Shown here one piece after another: positions 7,325 through 15,607 of a DNA stretch of 17,135 bases. Position 1 is the stretch's first letter. Each line of letters opens with the position of its first letter. The stretch is from NCBI GenBank assembly GCA_038217285.1, contig JBBQPO010000123.1:1-17135 (forward strand), read 5' to 3'. Position numbers and translations under genes: made by a program. The DNA comes from Chthonomonadales bacterium (GTDB lineage Bacteria > Armatimonadota > Chthonomonadetes > Chthonomonadales > Chthonomonadaceae). The notes below the pieces were generated by a model. That model ran no database searches, was not told where the DNA came from, and saw only the letters and a list, made by a program, of their open reading frames with translations.

Positions 7325-9748
7325 CTACTTCAGAGATCGCCCTTCCGGGACGACGAGGCCGCGCTCCGTGGCGACACGGGCGGCCTCGGTGCGGTTCGAG
7401 ACGCCGAGTTTGTGGAACAGATGCGCCAGGTGATACTCGACGGTCTTGGTGGAGAGGAAGAGCTGTGCGGCGATCTCCTTGTTGCGCCCGCCTCGTGCCA
7501 GCAGTTGCAGGATCTCCAGCTCACGTTCGTTGAGGGTATCCGGACTGGAAGGGCCAGCGGGCTGGAGGTTGGCGAGAGCAGCCAGTCTGTCGGCCACGGC
7601 GGGAGCCAGCAGCGCTTCGCCCCGGCGTGCCGCGCGAACGGCAGCGATCAGATCCGAGGCATCTGCGTCCTTGAGCAAGTAGCCTTTCGCACCGGCTCCC
7701 AACGCCTCTGCAACCGATTCCGCCGTTTGAAAGGTCGTGAGAATCACCACGGGCAGTTCGGGCATCTCAGCGTGGAGCACACGCGTCGCCTCCAGCCCGT
7801 CCATCAGCGGCATCTGAATGTCCATCAAGACGACATCCGGGTGCAGCGTACGCGCCTGGGCCACGGCCTGCGCGCCGTCCATGGCCTCTCCCACTACCAC
7901 GATCTCACCTCCGGCCTCCAGCATCGAGCGCACACCCTGCCGCGTGATGTCGTGATCGTCCGCAAGCAGCACACGTACGGCGTCGGGCGCAGGGACGGGG
8001 CCGACCGCAGCGCCGCCAGGAAGGCGGATGGGGGCAGGAGCGGCCTGAAGCGGAGCGGAACGTGTTGTCCCGAGAGGCGAGGCGGGCCGATAGGGCAGGA
8101 CGGCTCGCAGACGGGTTCCCCATCCGGAAGGACTCTCGATCTCTAGCTCCCCGTCCAGCAGGCGGGCACGTTCGCGCATCCCGAATAGGCCGTAACCTCC
8201 CTGTGGCCCGGGAACGATCACCGCGTCCACATCGAAGCCGATGCCGTCGTCCTCGACAAGGAGCGAGACGCTCTCCGGTCCGAACTGCAGGCCCACCCGC
8301 ACTCGCTGCGCCTGGGCATGTTTGCGGGCGTTGGTCAACGCCTCCTGCGCGATGCGGAGCAGGGCGGTCTGTTGTTCTGGCGGGAGCGGCTGTTCGTCCC
8401 CTGTCTGAATGAAGAGGGCAGGGATACCGGTTTCGGCTTCGAAGCGGCGCGCCTCCTCCGCAATCGCCTTCGCGGCCGTGAGTCGCTCCAGGGAGGCGGG
8501 CGCAAGCCCATGAACGGCACGCCGGGTGTCCTCCAGCGCATGTTTGGCCTGAACGCGGGCCATCACCAGCAGCTCTGCGGCGGCGCTCAAATCGCCTGTC
8601 TCAACGCTTGTCTTCGCCGTCTCGATCTGGAGAATGAGGCCGGTCAGAGACTGCGCCACGGTGTCGTGCATCTCCCGCGCTAGACGGTTGCGCTCTTCGC
8701 TCATCGCCACTTCTCGCTGCTGTTCCATCTGTCGGGTCATGGCCACGGCGAGCGCGGCCTGATCGGTAAAACTCTGAAAGAGGGCGATCTCGGCCGGGGT
8801 GAACTGGCGTTCCGCGCATGGATAGACCACGAGCGTTCCCGTAGAGGCGGCTCCCTGCTGCATGACGGCGAGCAGCAGCGTAGTGATCTCTTCGCGCTCG
8901 AAAAGCGCCCGCAGCTCCGGTGGGACCTGCGGGTCGTCCTGGATATTGCGGGCATAGTAGGGCAGGCCGGTCGCGACGGAACGCTTGAACGCAGGCGAAG
9001 GGCGGGAGAGACGGGCGATTCCGTTGCCGTAGGCCGCCGAAACGTTCCGCAAGACGATGGGTTGGAGGCTGCCGTCCACATCGCGTAAAAACAGGCCGAC
9101 GCGCTCGACGCGCAGCCGCAGCGCAACCGCTTCCGTGATGAGTGTCGCGACTTCCTGTAGCGGATGGCCTTCCAGAATAGCCGCCGCGATCACCCGACTC
9201 GACTGGCGGAGGTTCTGTTCGTCCTGATAGGCCACACTGAGGCGCAGAAGCTCGACCATCAGGGCAGTGCGAACGGCGGTCTCGGCGGCCTGCGCCTGCC
9301 AGACTCCGGAGCGCGGTGCGGCGCCGGGAAGCAACTGCCCCACGAGCACGGCCAAAGGCCGTCCCGCCAGCGTCAGCGGCACGACAACGATTTCCCCTGT
9401 AAAATACGGCCCAAGCTCCTGCGGAAACCCTGCGTTGTCGGACTGCACCACGCTCTGCCCGGTTCGAATCGCGCGTTCGGCTCCGGGGAAGTCGCCAACC
9501 GACCATCGCCAGTTGCGCATCTGCTCCGCCTCGATCCCGAACACGGCTCCGCCCCGTAACTGATTCTCCTCCGGTATATAGCTTATCGCAGCCAGCCGGG
9601 TGCATCCCAACTCTCGCGCGGCGACTTCCATGGTCTGGTGAATGACACGAGCGCGATCTTCGGGCCCCATCGTCAAGCCGACCGCATCCGGCAATGCCAG
9701 AAGCGGGCTCCTTACCGGGGCGCTGTTGTTAGAGGTTTCCGGGCGCAT
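7325..9748 (-). CDS. Fused sensor kinase/response regulator: GAF-GAF-HisKA_3-HATPase_c-REC-LuxR HTH
   Basis: Two GAF-like regions (VVVPL; FTPAEIALFQSFTDQAALAV). H-box EERNRLAREMHDTVAQSL, N-box RIAQEALTNARKHA, G-boxes EDDGIGFD and GYGLFGMRERA. REC VLLADDH...DVVLMDIQMP...GAKGYLLKD. HTH LNERELEILQLLARG..NKEIA..LFLS.KTV..H. One uninterrupted ORF. Confidence 0.93.
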   Translation of the reverse strand: MRPETSNNSAPVRSPLLALPDAVGLTMGPEDRARVIHQTMEVAARELGCTRLAAISYIPEENQLRGGAVFGIEAEQMRNWRWSVGDFPGAERAIRTGQSVVQSDNAGFPQELGPYFTGEIVVVPLTLAGRPLAVLVGQLLPGAAPRSGVWQAQAAETAVRTALMVELLRLSVAYQDEQNLRQSSRVIAAAILEGHPLQEVATLITEAVALRLRVERVGLFLRDVDGSLQPIVLRNVSAAYGNGIARLSRPSPAFKRSVATGLPYYARNIQDDPQVPPELRALFEREEITTLLLAVMQQGAASTGTLVVYPCAERQFTPAEIALFQSFTDQAALAVAMTRQMEQQREVAMSEERNRLAREMHDTVAQSLTGLILQIETAKTSVETGDLSAAAELLVMARVQAKHALEDTRRAVHGLAPASLERLTAAKAIAEEARRFEAETGIPALFIQTGDEQPLPPEQQTALLRIAQEALTNARKHAQAQRVRVGLQFGPESVSLLVEDDGIGFDVDAVIVPGPQGGYGLFGMRERARLLDGELEIESPSGWGTRLRAVLPYRPASPLGTTRSAPLQAAPAPIRLPGGAAVGPVPAPDAVRVLLADDHDITRQGVRSMLEAGGEIVVVGEAMDGAQAVAQARTLHPDVVLMDIQMPLMDGLEATRVLHAEMPELPVVILTTFQTAESVAEALGAGAKGYLLKDADASDLIAAVRAARRGEALLAPAVADRLAALANLQPAGPSSPDTLNERELEILQLLARGGRNKEIAAQLFLSTKTVEYHLAHLFHKLGVSNRTEAARVATERGLVVPEGRSLK

Positions 9749-9767
9749 CAGATCCCAGTCTTTCTCG

Positions 9768-10721
9768 CTAGGTTGCGAAGCCTGTCGTCAGCAGGGCATG
9801 CCAGTCGGGAACAGGGGGCAGGGCAGAGCATCCGGCTGTTCGCAAAGCCGCGTTGCCGTCGCGCCCTTCGGCGACGATGTAGACCGCGCGACCCTGGTTG
9901 TGGGCACGCAGGCATTCGTGCATCATGCCGCCGCCAGCGCGCACATCGAGCGCGATCACGACGTCTGCCAGGGCGAAAACGAGCTCGTCCCTCCGCCGGT
10001 TGTTCGCGCCCAGGCCGTGATCGTCCAGCCGAAAAGGGGAGAGGGCCAGATCACGCTCGACCTCGAAGACAGCGTCGCGGATACGGGCGGCGGAGAAAGG
10101 CGGTCGGTCGAAATCAGGGCCGAGCGCCTCGCGGAGGCCACGGTCGAAGATGTAGAGTGTCGAGCGGTTGCGCCGCTGGGCGGCGAGCGCCAGACGTTTG
10201 TAGGCGGACCTGTCATGCCCGGTGACGGGCACTCCGCCCGCTTCTACGAGCCCTGCCGCGATCTCGTCCTGTCGGTCCAGCACCGCAGGCGCGGCCCCGT
10301 TGGAGACGGCGATGGTGAACGTAAAGCGTGTCGGTGTCGGCGGTTCGATCAGGGCGGCCTTGCCCAGGACATAGAGGAGGGGCGGCGGGTCCGGGTCGAA
10401 CCGCTCCAGTCGGGCCGGATACCCGGCGCTCCCGGTGGTGAGGAGTTGCAGCGGATGCAGCCGAACGGCCCGCAGCAGCTCCGCGCTTTTCGCCAGGAGA
10501 GCGGCGCGGTGATCGTGCAGATGCTCCGCGACCCGTGCAGGCAGCTCATACTCCCGAATCATGTCGTCCGGCGTAAGATCCAGAAAGGCGTTGGGAGCGG
10601 GGCGGCGCTGCGCGAGACGCCGCAGCAAAACGGCCAGCGACTTCTCCCCCAGGTGCGGGGCGCTGTGCAGCAGCAGCAGAAACTGCGTGGGGCTGAGAGG
10701 CTCGGCGTTCTCGCGGTTCAC
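9768..10721 (-). CDS. dprA: DprA/Smf-like (SLOG fold) protein, divergent
   Basis: YPARL..FDPDPPPLLYVLG hallmark; RRDELVFALADVVIALDV..GGG.....A..QGRAVY pattern; N-terminal helical region with PHLGEK. GTG start at 10721 follows GAGGAG. Confidence 0.72.
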   Translation of the reverse strand: MNRENAEPLSPTQFLLLLHSAPHLGEKSLAVLLRRLAQRRPAPNAFLDLTPDDMIREYELPARVAEHLHDHRAALLAKSAELLRAVRLHPLQLLTTGSAGYPARLERFDPDPPPLLYVLGKAALIEPPTPTRFTFTIAVSNGAAPAVLDRQDEIAAGLVEAGGVPVTGHDRSAYKRLALAAQRRNRSTLYIFDRGLREALGPDFDRPPFSAARIRDAVFEVERDLALSPFRLDDHGLGANNRRRDELVFALADVVIALDVRAGGGMMHECLRAHNQGRAVYIVAEGRDGNAALRTAGCSALPPVPDWHALLTTGFAT

Positions 10722-10743
10722 CCTGTCTCCTCCTCGCTTTCGT

Positions 10744-11226
10744 CTATGCCATGCCATCCAGCCACTGCACCACCTGTTCCATGTGGTAGCCGTCGTGCGC
10801 CAGAATCAGCACAGCCTGGCGCTCCAGCGTCACCGGGCCATGAACCTCCTTGATGCCGACGCGACTCCACTCTGCATCCATCAGGCCGCCCAGAAAAATG
10901 ACCAGCGCGGCGCGACCTGTGCGAAATCGGGCCAGACTGGCATGCGGGTCCAGATGGGCATAGTCGTGATCCAGCGCTATCTGAGCCTCGTCGATATCGC
11001 CGAGGAGGGGAAGTTCCTCTTTTACCGTGCGCTCCATGCGCTCCATGAAGATCGGGTCCCATTCGGCGAGGTGCGCCACGATTTCACGCAGCGTAAAGCG
11101 TTCCGGGTCGGGCCGGACATCCCAGCGCGGGTCTTCGGAAGGCAGGGCTTTCAGGAACGCTTCCAGCACTTCGGGGGTGGCGTTCAGCGCGGTAAGAAAA
11201 TATTTCTTGACGTAGGCAGGCTGCAT
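10744..11226 (-). CDS. DinB/YfiT-like putative metalloenzyme (DinB_2)
   Basis: FTLREIVAHL and HDGYH metal-binding histidines; 160 aa; W.R.G motif. Confidence 0.85.
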   Translation of the reverse strand: MQPAYVKKYFLTALNATPEVLEAFLKALPSEDPRWDVRPDPERFTLREIVAHLAEWDPIFMERMERTVKEELPLLGDIDEAQIALDHDYAHLDPHASLARFRTGRAALVIFLGGLMDAEWSRVGIKEVHGPVTLERQAVLILAHDGYHMEQVVQWLDGMA

Positions 11227-11247
11227 GACCTTCTCCCTATTTTCTGA

Positions 11248-12303
11248 TCAGTATCCGATGGCGCGGAGGACCGCATCGCGGGTCGCTGGAATGGACGTCG
11301 GCTGGTGGGCGGCCTGCAATACGGCGGTGTCCGGGTCTTTCAGGCCGTGCCCGGTCAGGGTAATAACCGTGGTGCAAGGCTCGGTAAAGAAGCCCTGGGC
11401 GGCGAGCTTGCGCAGTCCGGCGATAGGAGCGGCGCAGGCCGGTTCCGCGAAAATCCCTTCGAGCGTTGGCAGCATGCGGTAGGCTTCCAGGATCTCGGTA
11501 TCGGTGACGGCGTGAATCAGGCCCTTCGACTCGTCCCGGGCCGCGATGGCTCCCTGCCAGCTCGCCGGGTTACCGACGCGGATGGCGGTCGCCACGGTAT
11601 CGGGAGAGGGCACACGTACGCCTGTCACAAGGGGGGCCGCGCCAGCGGCCTGGAACCCGAGCATCCGTGGGCGCTTCGTCGTCTTGCCAAGCGCATGGTA
11701 CTCCTGATAGCCTTTCCAGTAGGCCGTGATGTTGCCGGCGTTGCCGATCGGAAGCGCATGGAAGTCCGGCGCATCCCCCAGCGCATCGACGACTTCGAAC
11801 GCAGCGGTCTTCTGGCCTTCGATCCGCACCGGATTCACGGAGTTGACCAGCGCGATGGGATAGATGGAGCAGATCTCGCGCACCAGACACAAGGCCTCGT
11901 CGAAATTGCCGGCGATGGCAAGCACCTGCGCGCCGTGAATCAGCGCCTGCGACAGTTTACCGAGCGCGATTTTGCCCTCGGGAATCAACACGTAACAGCC
12001 CATTCCGGCGCGGGCGGCATAGGCGGCGGCCGCCGCCGAGGTGTTGCCCGTCGAGGCGCACATGACCGTCTCTTGTCCGGCCTCGTGCGCTTTCGTCACC
12101 GCCATCGTCATACCCCGATCCTTGAAGGAACCGGTAGGATTCAGCCCTTCGTACTTGGCGTAGAGCGTCAGAAACGGGCTGATCGCCTCCGCCAGACGGG
12201 GCAGGGGAATCAGCGGGGTATCGCCCTCGTAGAGCGTCACGATGGGGGTGGTTGCCGAGACGGGCAGCAGCGCCCGGTAGCGATCAATGACTCCACGATA
12301 CAA
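11248..12303 (-). CDS. thrC: Threonine synthase (PLP fold type II)
   Basis: [24 protein letters not shown] (PLP Lys), [55 protein letters not shown]. Probable start is TTG 12303 (351 aa). Confidence 0.96.
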   Translation of the reverse strand: MYRGVIDRYRALLPVSATTPIVTLYEGDTPLIPLPRLAEAISPFLTLYAKYEGLNPTGSFKDRGMTMAVTKAHEAGQETVMCASTGNTSAAAAAYAARAGMGCYVLIPEGKIALGKLSQALIHGAQVLAIAGNFDEALCLVREICSIYPIALVNSVNPVRIEGQKTAAFEVVDALGDAPDFHALPIGNAGNITAYWKGYQEYHALGKTTKRPRMLGFQAAGAAPLVTGVRVPSPDTVATAIRVGNPASWQGAIAARDESKGLIHAVTDTEILEAYRMLPTLEGIFAEPACAAPIAGLRKLAAQGFFTEPCTTVITLTGHGLKDPDTAVLQAAHQPTSIPATRDAVLRAIGY

Positions 12304-12372
12304 AACGGTCTCTCGCTTTCTTACGATAATGACGTTGGGTCTCCCCCTGAAATCGCAGCCTGCTGATCTTCC

Positions 12373-12401
12373 ATTGTAGCACGGACAGGCGGACGGCGCA
12401 A
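12373..12401 (-). promoter_or_regulatory. Sigma-70 promoter for the thrC operon
   Basis: Minus strand TTGCGC, 17-nt spacer, then TACAAT with an extended TG. Confidence 0.55.
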
Positions 12402-12459
12402 CCCCTTTCGTCGTTTTCAGCGGCAATTGTGCTACAGTTGCGGGGAAAGTGAGGAACGG

Positions 12460-13608
12460 ATGTCTATATTTCCCGTTGTGGAGGTGGAGCAAAAATCCCG
12501 GATCGTGGAAGAGTTGGTCACCTGGTATCGGACCCATAAGCGCGACCTGCCATGGCGCGGAGCGACACCCTATGCGGTCTGGGTTTCGGAGATCATGCTG
12601 CAGCAGACGCAGGTGGCGACGGTGATCCCCTTCTTTGTCCGGTTTACGGAGCGTTTCCCGACGGTCGAAGCCCTGGCGGAAGCGCCTCTGGAGGAGATGC
12701 TGAAGTACTGGGCGGGGCTGGGGTACTACGCCCGCGCCCGCAATCTGCATCGTGCTGCACAGGCGGTGACGGAGCGATTCGGAGGCAATCTGCCGCGAAC
12801 CGCCGAAGAAATCGAGTCGCTGCCCGGCATCGGCCGCTACACCTCCGGCGCGATTCTCTCGATCGCCTTCGATGTGCCGCGTCCGCTCGTGGACGCCAAT
12901 GTGACTCGGGTCTTGAGCCGGGTGTTCGGGCTGCGCGGCGATCCGAAATCGACGGCCAATCAGGCCGCGCTCTGGTCGCTGGCGGAGCAGTTGGTGCCGC
13001 TGGAGCGACCGGGTGAGTTCAATCAGGGGTTGATGGAGTTGGGGGCGCTGGTCTGTTCCCCGGCGGATCCGAAATGCGATCGCTGCCCGCTCCTGCCCGA
13101 CTGTGTGGCAGGCAACAGCGCCGACCCGAGCGCCCTGCCGGAGTTCCCGCCGGGGCGCGCCACCATCGCTGTGACCCACAGCGCCGCCCTGATCCGGGAT
13201 AGCAACGGTCGAATCCTGATCGCGCAGCGCCCGCCGCACGGCCTCTGGGGCGGCCTGTGGGAGTTTCCCAGGGTGGTCTGCGCGACCGGTGAATCTCCTG
13301 CAGAAGGCGCTGCCCGCGCCGCGTGGGAGGTGGTCGGCCTGGAGGTGGAGATCGGGGCGAAGGTAGGCCGCATCAAACACGGCGTCACGCATCACCGCAT
13401 CACTCTTTATGGCTTCGACGCCCGCCCCCACGATCCGCATCCCATTCCGCAGGCCCTCGACTGCGCCGCGTTCCGCTGGGAGATGCCGGACGCTCTCACA
13501 AACCACGCCTTCTCTTCCCCGCAGGCGCTCCTCCGGGAAGCCCTTCACACCTACCTTCACCGCGAAGCTTGCGGCGACCTACAGCCGACTCTCGGCCTCG
13601 AGGAGTAG
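12460..13608 (+). CDS. mutY: A/G-specific adenine glycosylase MutY
   Basis: [36 protein letters not shown], Hh[19 protein letters not shown]6-C-X2-C-X5-C 4Fe-4S motif, NUDIX-like [13 protein letters not shown] 12460 follows GAGGA. Confidence 0.97.
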   Translation: MSIFPVVEVEQKSRIVEELVTWYRTHKRDLPWRGATPYAVWVSEIMLQQTQVATVIPFFVRFTERFPTVEALAEAPLEEMLKYWAGLGYYARARNLHRAAQAVTERFGGNLPRTAEEIESLPGIGRYTSGAILSIAFDVPRPLVDANVTRVLSRVFGLRGDPKSTANQAALWSLAEQLVPLERPGEFNQGLMELGALVCSPADPKCDRCPLLPDCVAGNSADPSALPEFPPGRATIAVTHSAALIRDSNGRILIAQRPPHGLWGGLWEFPRVVCATGESPAEGAARAAWEVVGLEVEIGAKVGRIKHGVTHHRITLYGFDARPHDPHPIPQALDCAAFRWEMPDALTNHAFSSPQALLREALHTYLHREACGDLQPTLGLEE

Positions 13609-13713
13609 TAGGACGCGGGCGCTCGATCATGGCTCCCTTGCGCACCTCTCCGCCTCTTCCTGCGTAGGTTAAAGAGGGATGCACCCACTCGAGCGCCCAG
13701 GAGGCTTCTTTCC

Positions 13714-14091
13714 ATGCCCTATCATTTCGATCATATCGCGCAGCAGGTTCCCGACATTGCCGAGGCCGTGGCCTGGTATGTGCGTACTCTGCCCGGCGTC
13801 AAGGTTCTCCACCAGGACGCCAGTTGGGCCTTCATCGAGGCAAACGGCACGAAACTGGCCTTTGTGAAATCGGATCAGCACCCCAACCATCTCGCGTGGC
13901 GCGTAGACAGCGCCGAACTGGAACGTCTCGCCGCCGAACTCGGCAAAGAGATCAAATCCCACCGCGACCAAAGCCGTAGTTTCTACCTCGAAGCCCCCGG
14001 CGGTCAAGCCATCGAAATCATATCCATGCACGGCAGCCCCTGGGAAGTGCCTGGAGAAGAAGAGGCAGACGATCGCCATTCTAACGAGTAG
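13714..14091 (+). CDS. VOC/glyoxalase family protein
   Basis: FDHIA..VPDI.EAV.WY...L, HLAW.V, H.D.SRSFY.E.PGG.AIE. AGGAGG RBS. Confidence 0.88.
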   Translation: MPYHFDHIAQQVPDIAEAVAWYVRTLPGVKVLHQDASWAFIEANGTKLAFVKSDQHPNHLAWRVDSAELERLAAELGKEIKSHRDQSRSFYLEAPGGQAIEIISMHGSPWEVPGEEEADDRHSNE

Positions 14092-14094
14092 CCA

Positions 14095-14579
14095 TCACCC
14101 TCGAGCCAGATAGAGAGGCTCTCCCTTATAGGCCGGGTTTTGGAGCATGTACCAGATGGGGAAGACATACCACTCCTTACCGCCGCTCTGAGTCTCCACG
14201 CCGATCTGTTGGAGCCAGACCACGACCTGCCGAACAGACGCGCCAGCAGCTTAGCGGGTGAACATCTCCCGCACAATCCGCGCTTGCTCAGAGATGATAT
14301 GATAACGCCCGCGCAGGAAGGCGTCGTAGTCACCACGGCTGTAGACGATCAAGAAGATTGGCCTTGCCTGCCTCCATGTCCGCCAGCGCCTTCTGAATGC
14401 CGGGCCGGGACGCATAGAGGGAGCCAGAACCGCCTTCATCGCAACGAGTATCGACGATCTGCGCGGCAAATTCGCCGGCCTTCCGTAAACAGTGAAGTGC
14501 TTGCGTCTCCAGCGAGGTTCCCTCGACCTGTTCATCTGTACTGAACTCTGGTATAGATGATTGCTTTCGGTGTGCTCAT
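14095..14579 (-). pseudogene. Large serine recombinase (resolvase + recombinase domain) pseudogene
   Basis: Manual translation across frames: MSTPKAIIYTRV/STDEQVEGTSLETQ...DEGGSGSLYASRPGIQKALADMEAGKANL/LIVYS...EQARIVREMFTR*AAGASVRQVVVWLQQIGVETQSGGKEW....IWYMLQNPAYKG. Two frameshifts (~14544, ~14351), a TAA at 14251-14253, and an internal deletion. AGGAGG RBS. Confidence 0.85.
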
Positions 14580-14590
14580 GCCTTCCCGTC

Positions 14591-14648
14591 CTCCTTCCTT
14601 GTACCATCCCGACATTTCGGCTGTTGAGTCCGGTATACATGGAAGGAG
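14591..14648. repeat. Inverted repeat upstream of the recombinase
   Basis: CTCCTTCCTTGTA (14591-14603) versus TACATGGAAGGAG (14636-14648): 12/13 complementary, 32-nt spacer. Confidence 0.6.
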
Positions 14649-14704
14649 TCGCGCAGGCACAGGGTGAACAGGCAGGCATCTACCCACGGAAAGGGGATAA
14701 TGAA

Positions 14705-15415
14705 TTGAAGATTTCACAGATCGGATCCCTGTTTGTCTTGCTGGCACTGGGCGGTTGCGGCGGCGGATCATCGAGCAGCGCCCCGCCGGTCACCTCCCGC
14801 AGTTTTCTATGGGTTACGAATTGGGGAGCGATCGTACCGAGCGATCCGGCGAATCGAGTTGGTTCCGCCTTCACATGCGACCTTACCCTCAAAGGCGCAA
14901 ATACCGACGGAACCGACTCCATTACATCCTATGACTGTCACGGCAGCCGCCCGGTCGCGCAGACCCTCGGCAGCTCCGGCAGCGTGAAGGTCGGAACGTT
15001 TCAACTTGAAGAGAGCATCATTACTGCCGATGGAGGCGGCGGCAGGCTCGTAGGGATCGCTCGCGCAGTCGTCAGCATAACCTCGACCGTCCCGGTCGAC
15101 AGCCAGGGCCACCAAGCTCCAGACTTCCAGATCGATACGGACGCCGTTGCCGTGGACAGTATCACTGTCCCTGCTAGACAGACGATCAAGGCAGGCGTAT
15201 CGGCCCCTCTGATCTTCACAGCGCATCCGAGAGGCGCCACCTCGCATATTCTGGTACTCCTACCGGACTCGGAGGCTGTACAGATCACAAGCGGTGCAGA
15301 CCATCTCAGCTACTCCAATGGCGCTATGACTGGCCTGACGCCGGGAACAGCCACTCTCACAGTCACGGCCCGAGGAGTGACCAGCGCACCGACCACGGTA
15401 ACAGTCACCCCATAG
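14705..15415 (+). CDS. Lipoprotein with a C-terminal bacterial Ig-like (Big_2-like) domain
   Basis: TTG start after AAAGGGG. Signal peptide KISQIGSLFVLLALGG-C (lipobox), then a GGGSSSS linker. Thr/Ser/Val-rich beta protein ending GAMTGLTPGTATLTVTARGVTSAPTTVTVTP. Confidence 0.75.
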   Translation: MKISQIGSLFVLLALGGCGGGSSSSAPPVTSRSFLWVTNWGAIVPSDPANRVGSAFTCDLTLKGANTDGTDSITSYDCHGSRPVAQTLGSSGSVKVGTFQLEESIITADGGGGRLVGIARAVVSITSTVPVDSQGHQAPDFQIDTDAVAVDSITVPARQTIKAGVSAPLIFTAHPRGATSHILVLLPDSEAVQITSGADHLSYSNGAMTGLTPGTATLTVTARGVTSAPTTVTVTP

Positions 15416-15607
15416 CACCCTTCTGTAAGAAGTATCAAAAAATAATATTTAATTTCAATAAATGTCAACGTCTCGCACCAGCGCGCACCCGGACGCGTAT
15501 CGCTGGCGAGCCAGAGAAGAGCCGAGAGACTACACTCCCGCACCACCATAACCACTCTCTGAACCCCCGCATATCACTCCCTTAAGCGGGTTCAAGCGAC
15601 GCTGCAG

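Noticed and set aside
12304-12372. Threonine attenuator or T-box leader before thrC
   Set aside because: No Thr/Ile-rich leader peptide, T-box motif or terminator was found, and the leader is short.
12304-13560. 419-aa N-terminal extension of thrC in the 770-aa ORF
   Set aside because: It is the antisense shadow of mutY plus intergenic DNA. ThrC similarity begins at 12303 and a promoter lies at 12373-12401.
14140-14544. 134-aa plus-strand ORF, and the 14251-14679 minus-strand ORF
   Set aside because: Both are explained as antisense or partly out-of-frame readings of the recombinase pseudogene.
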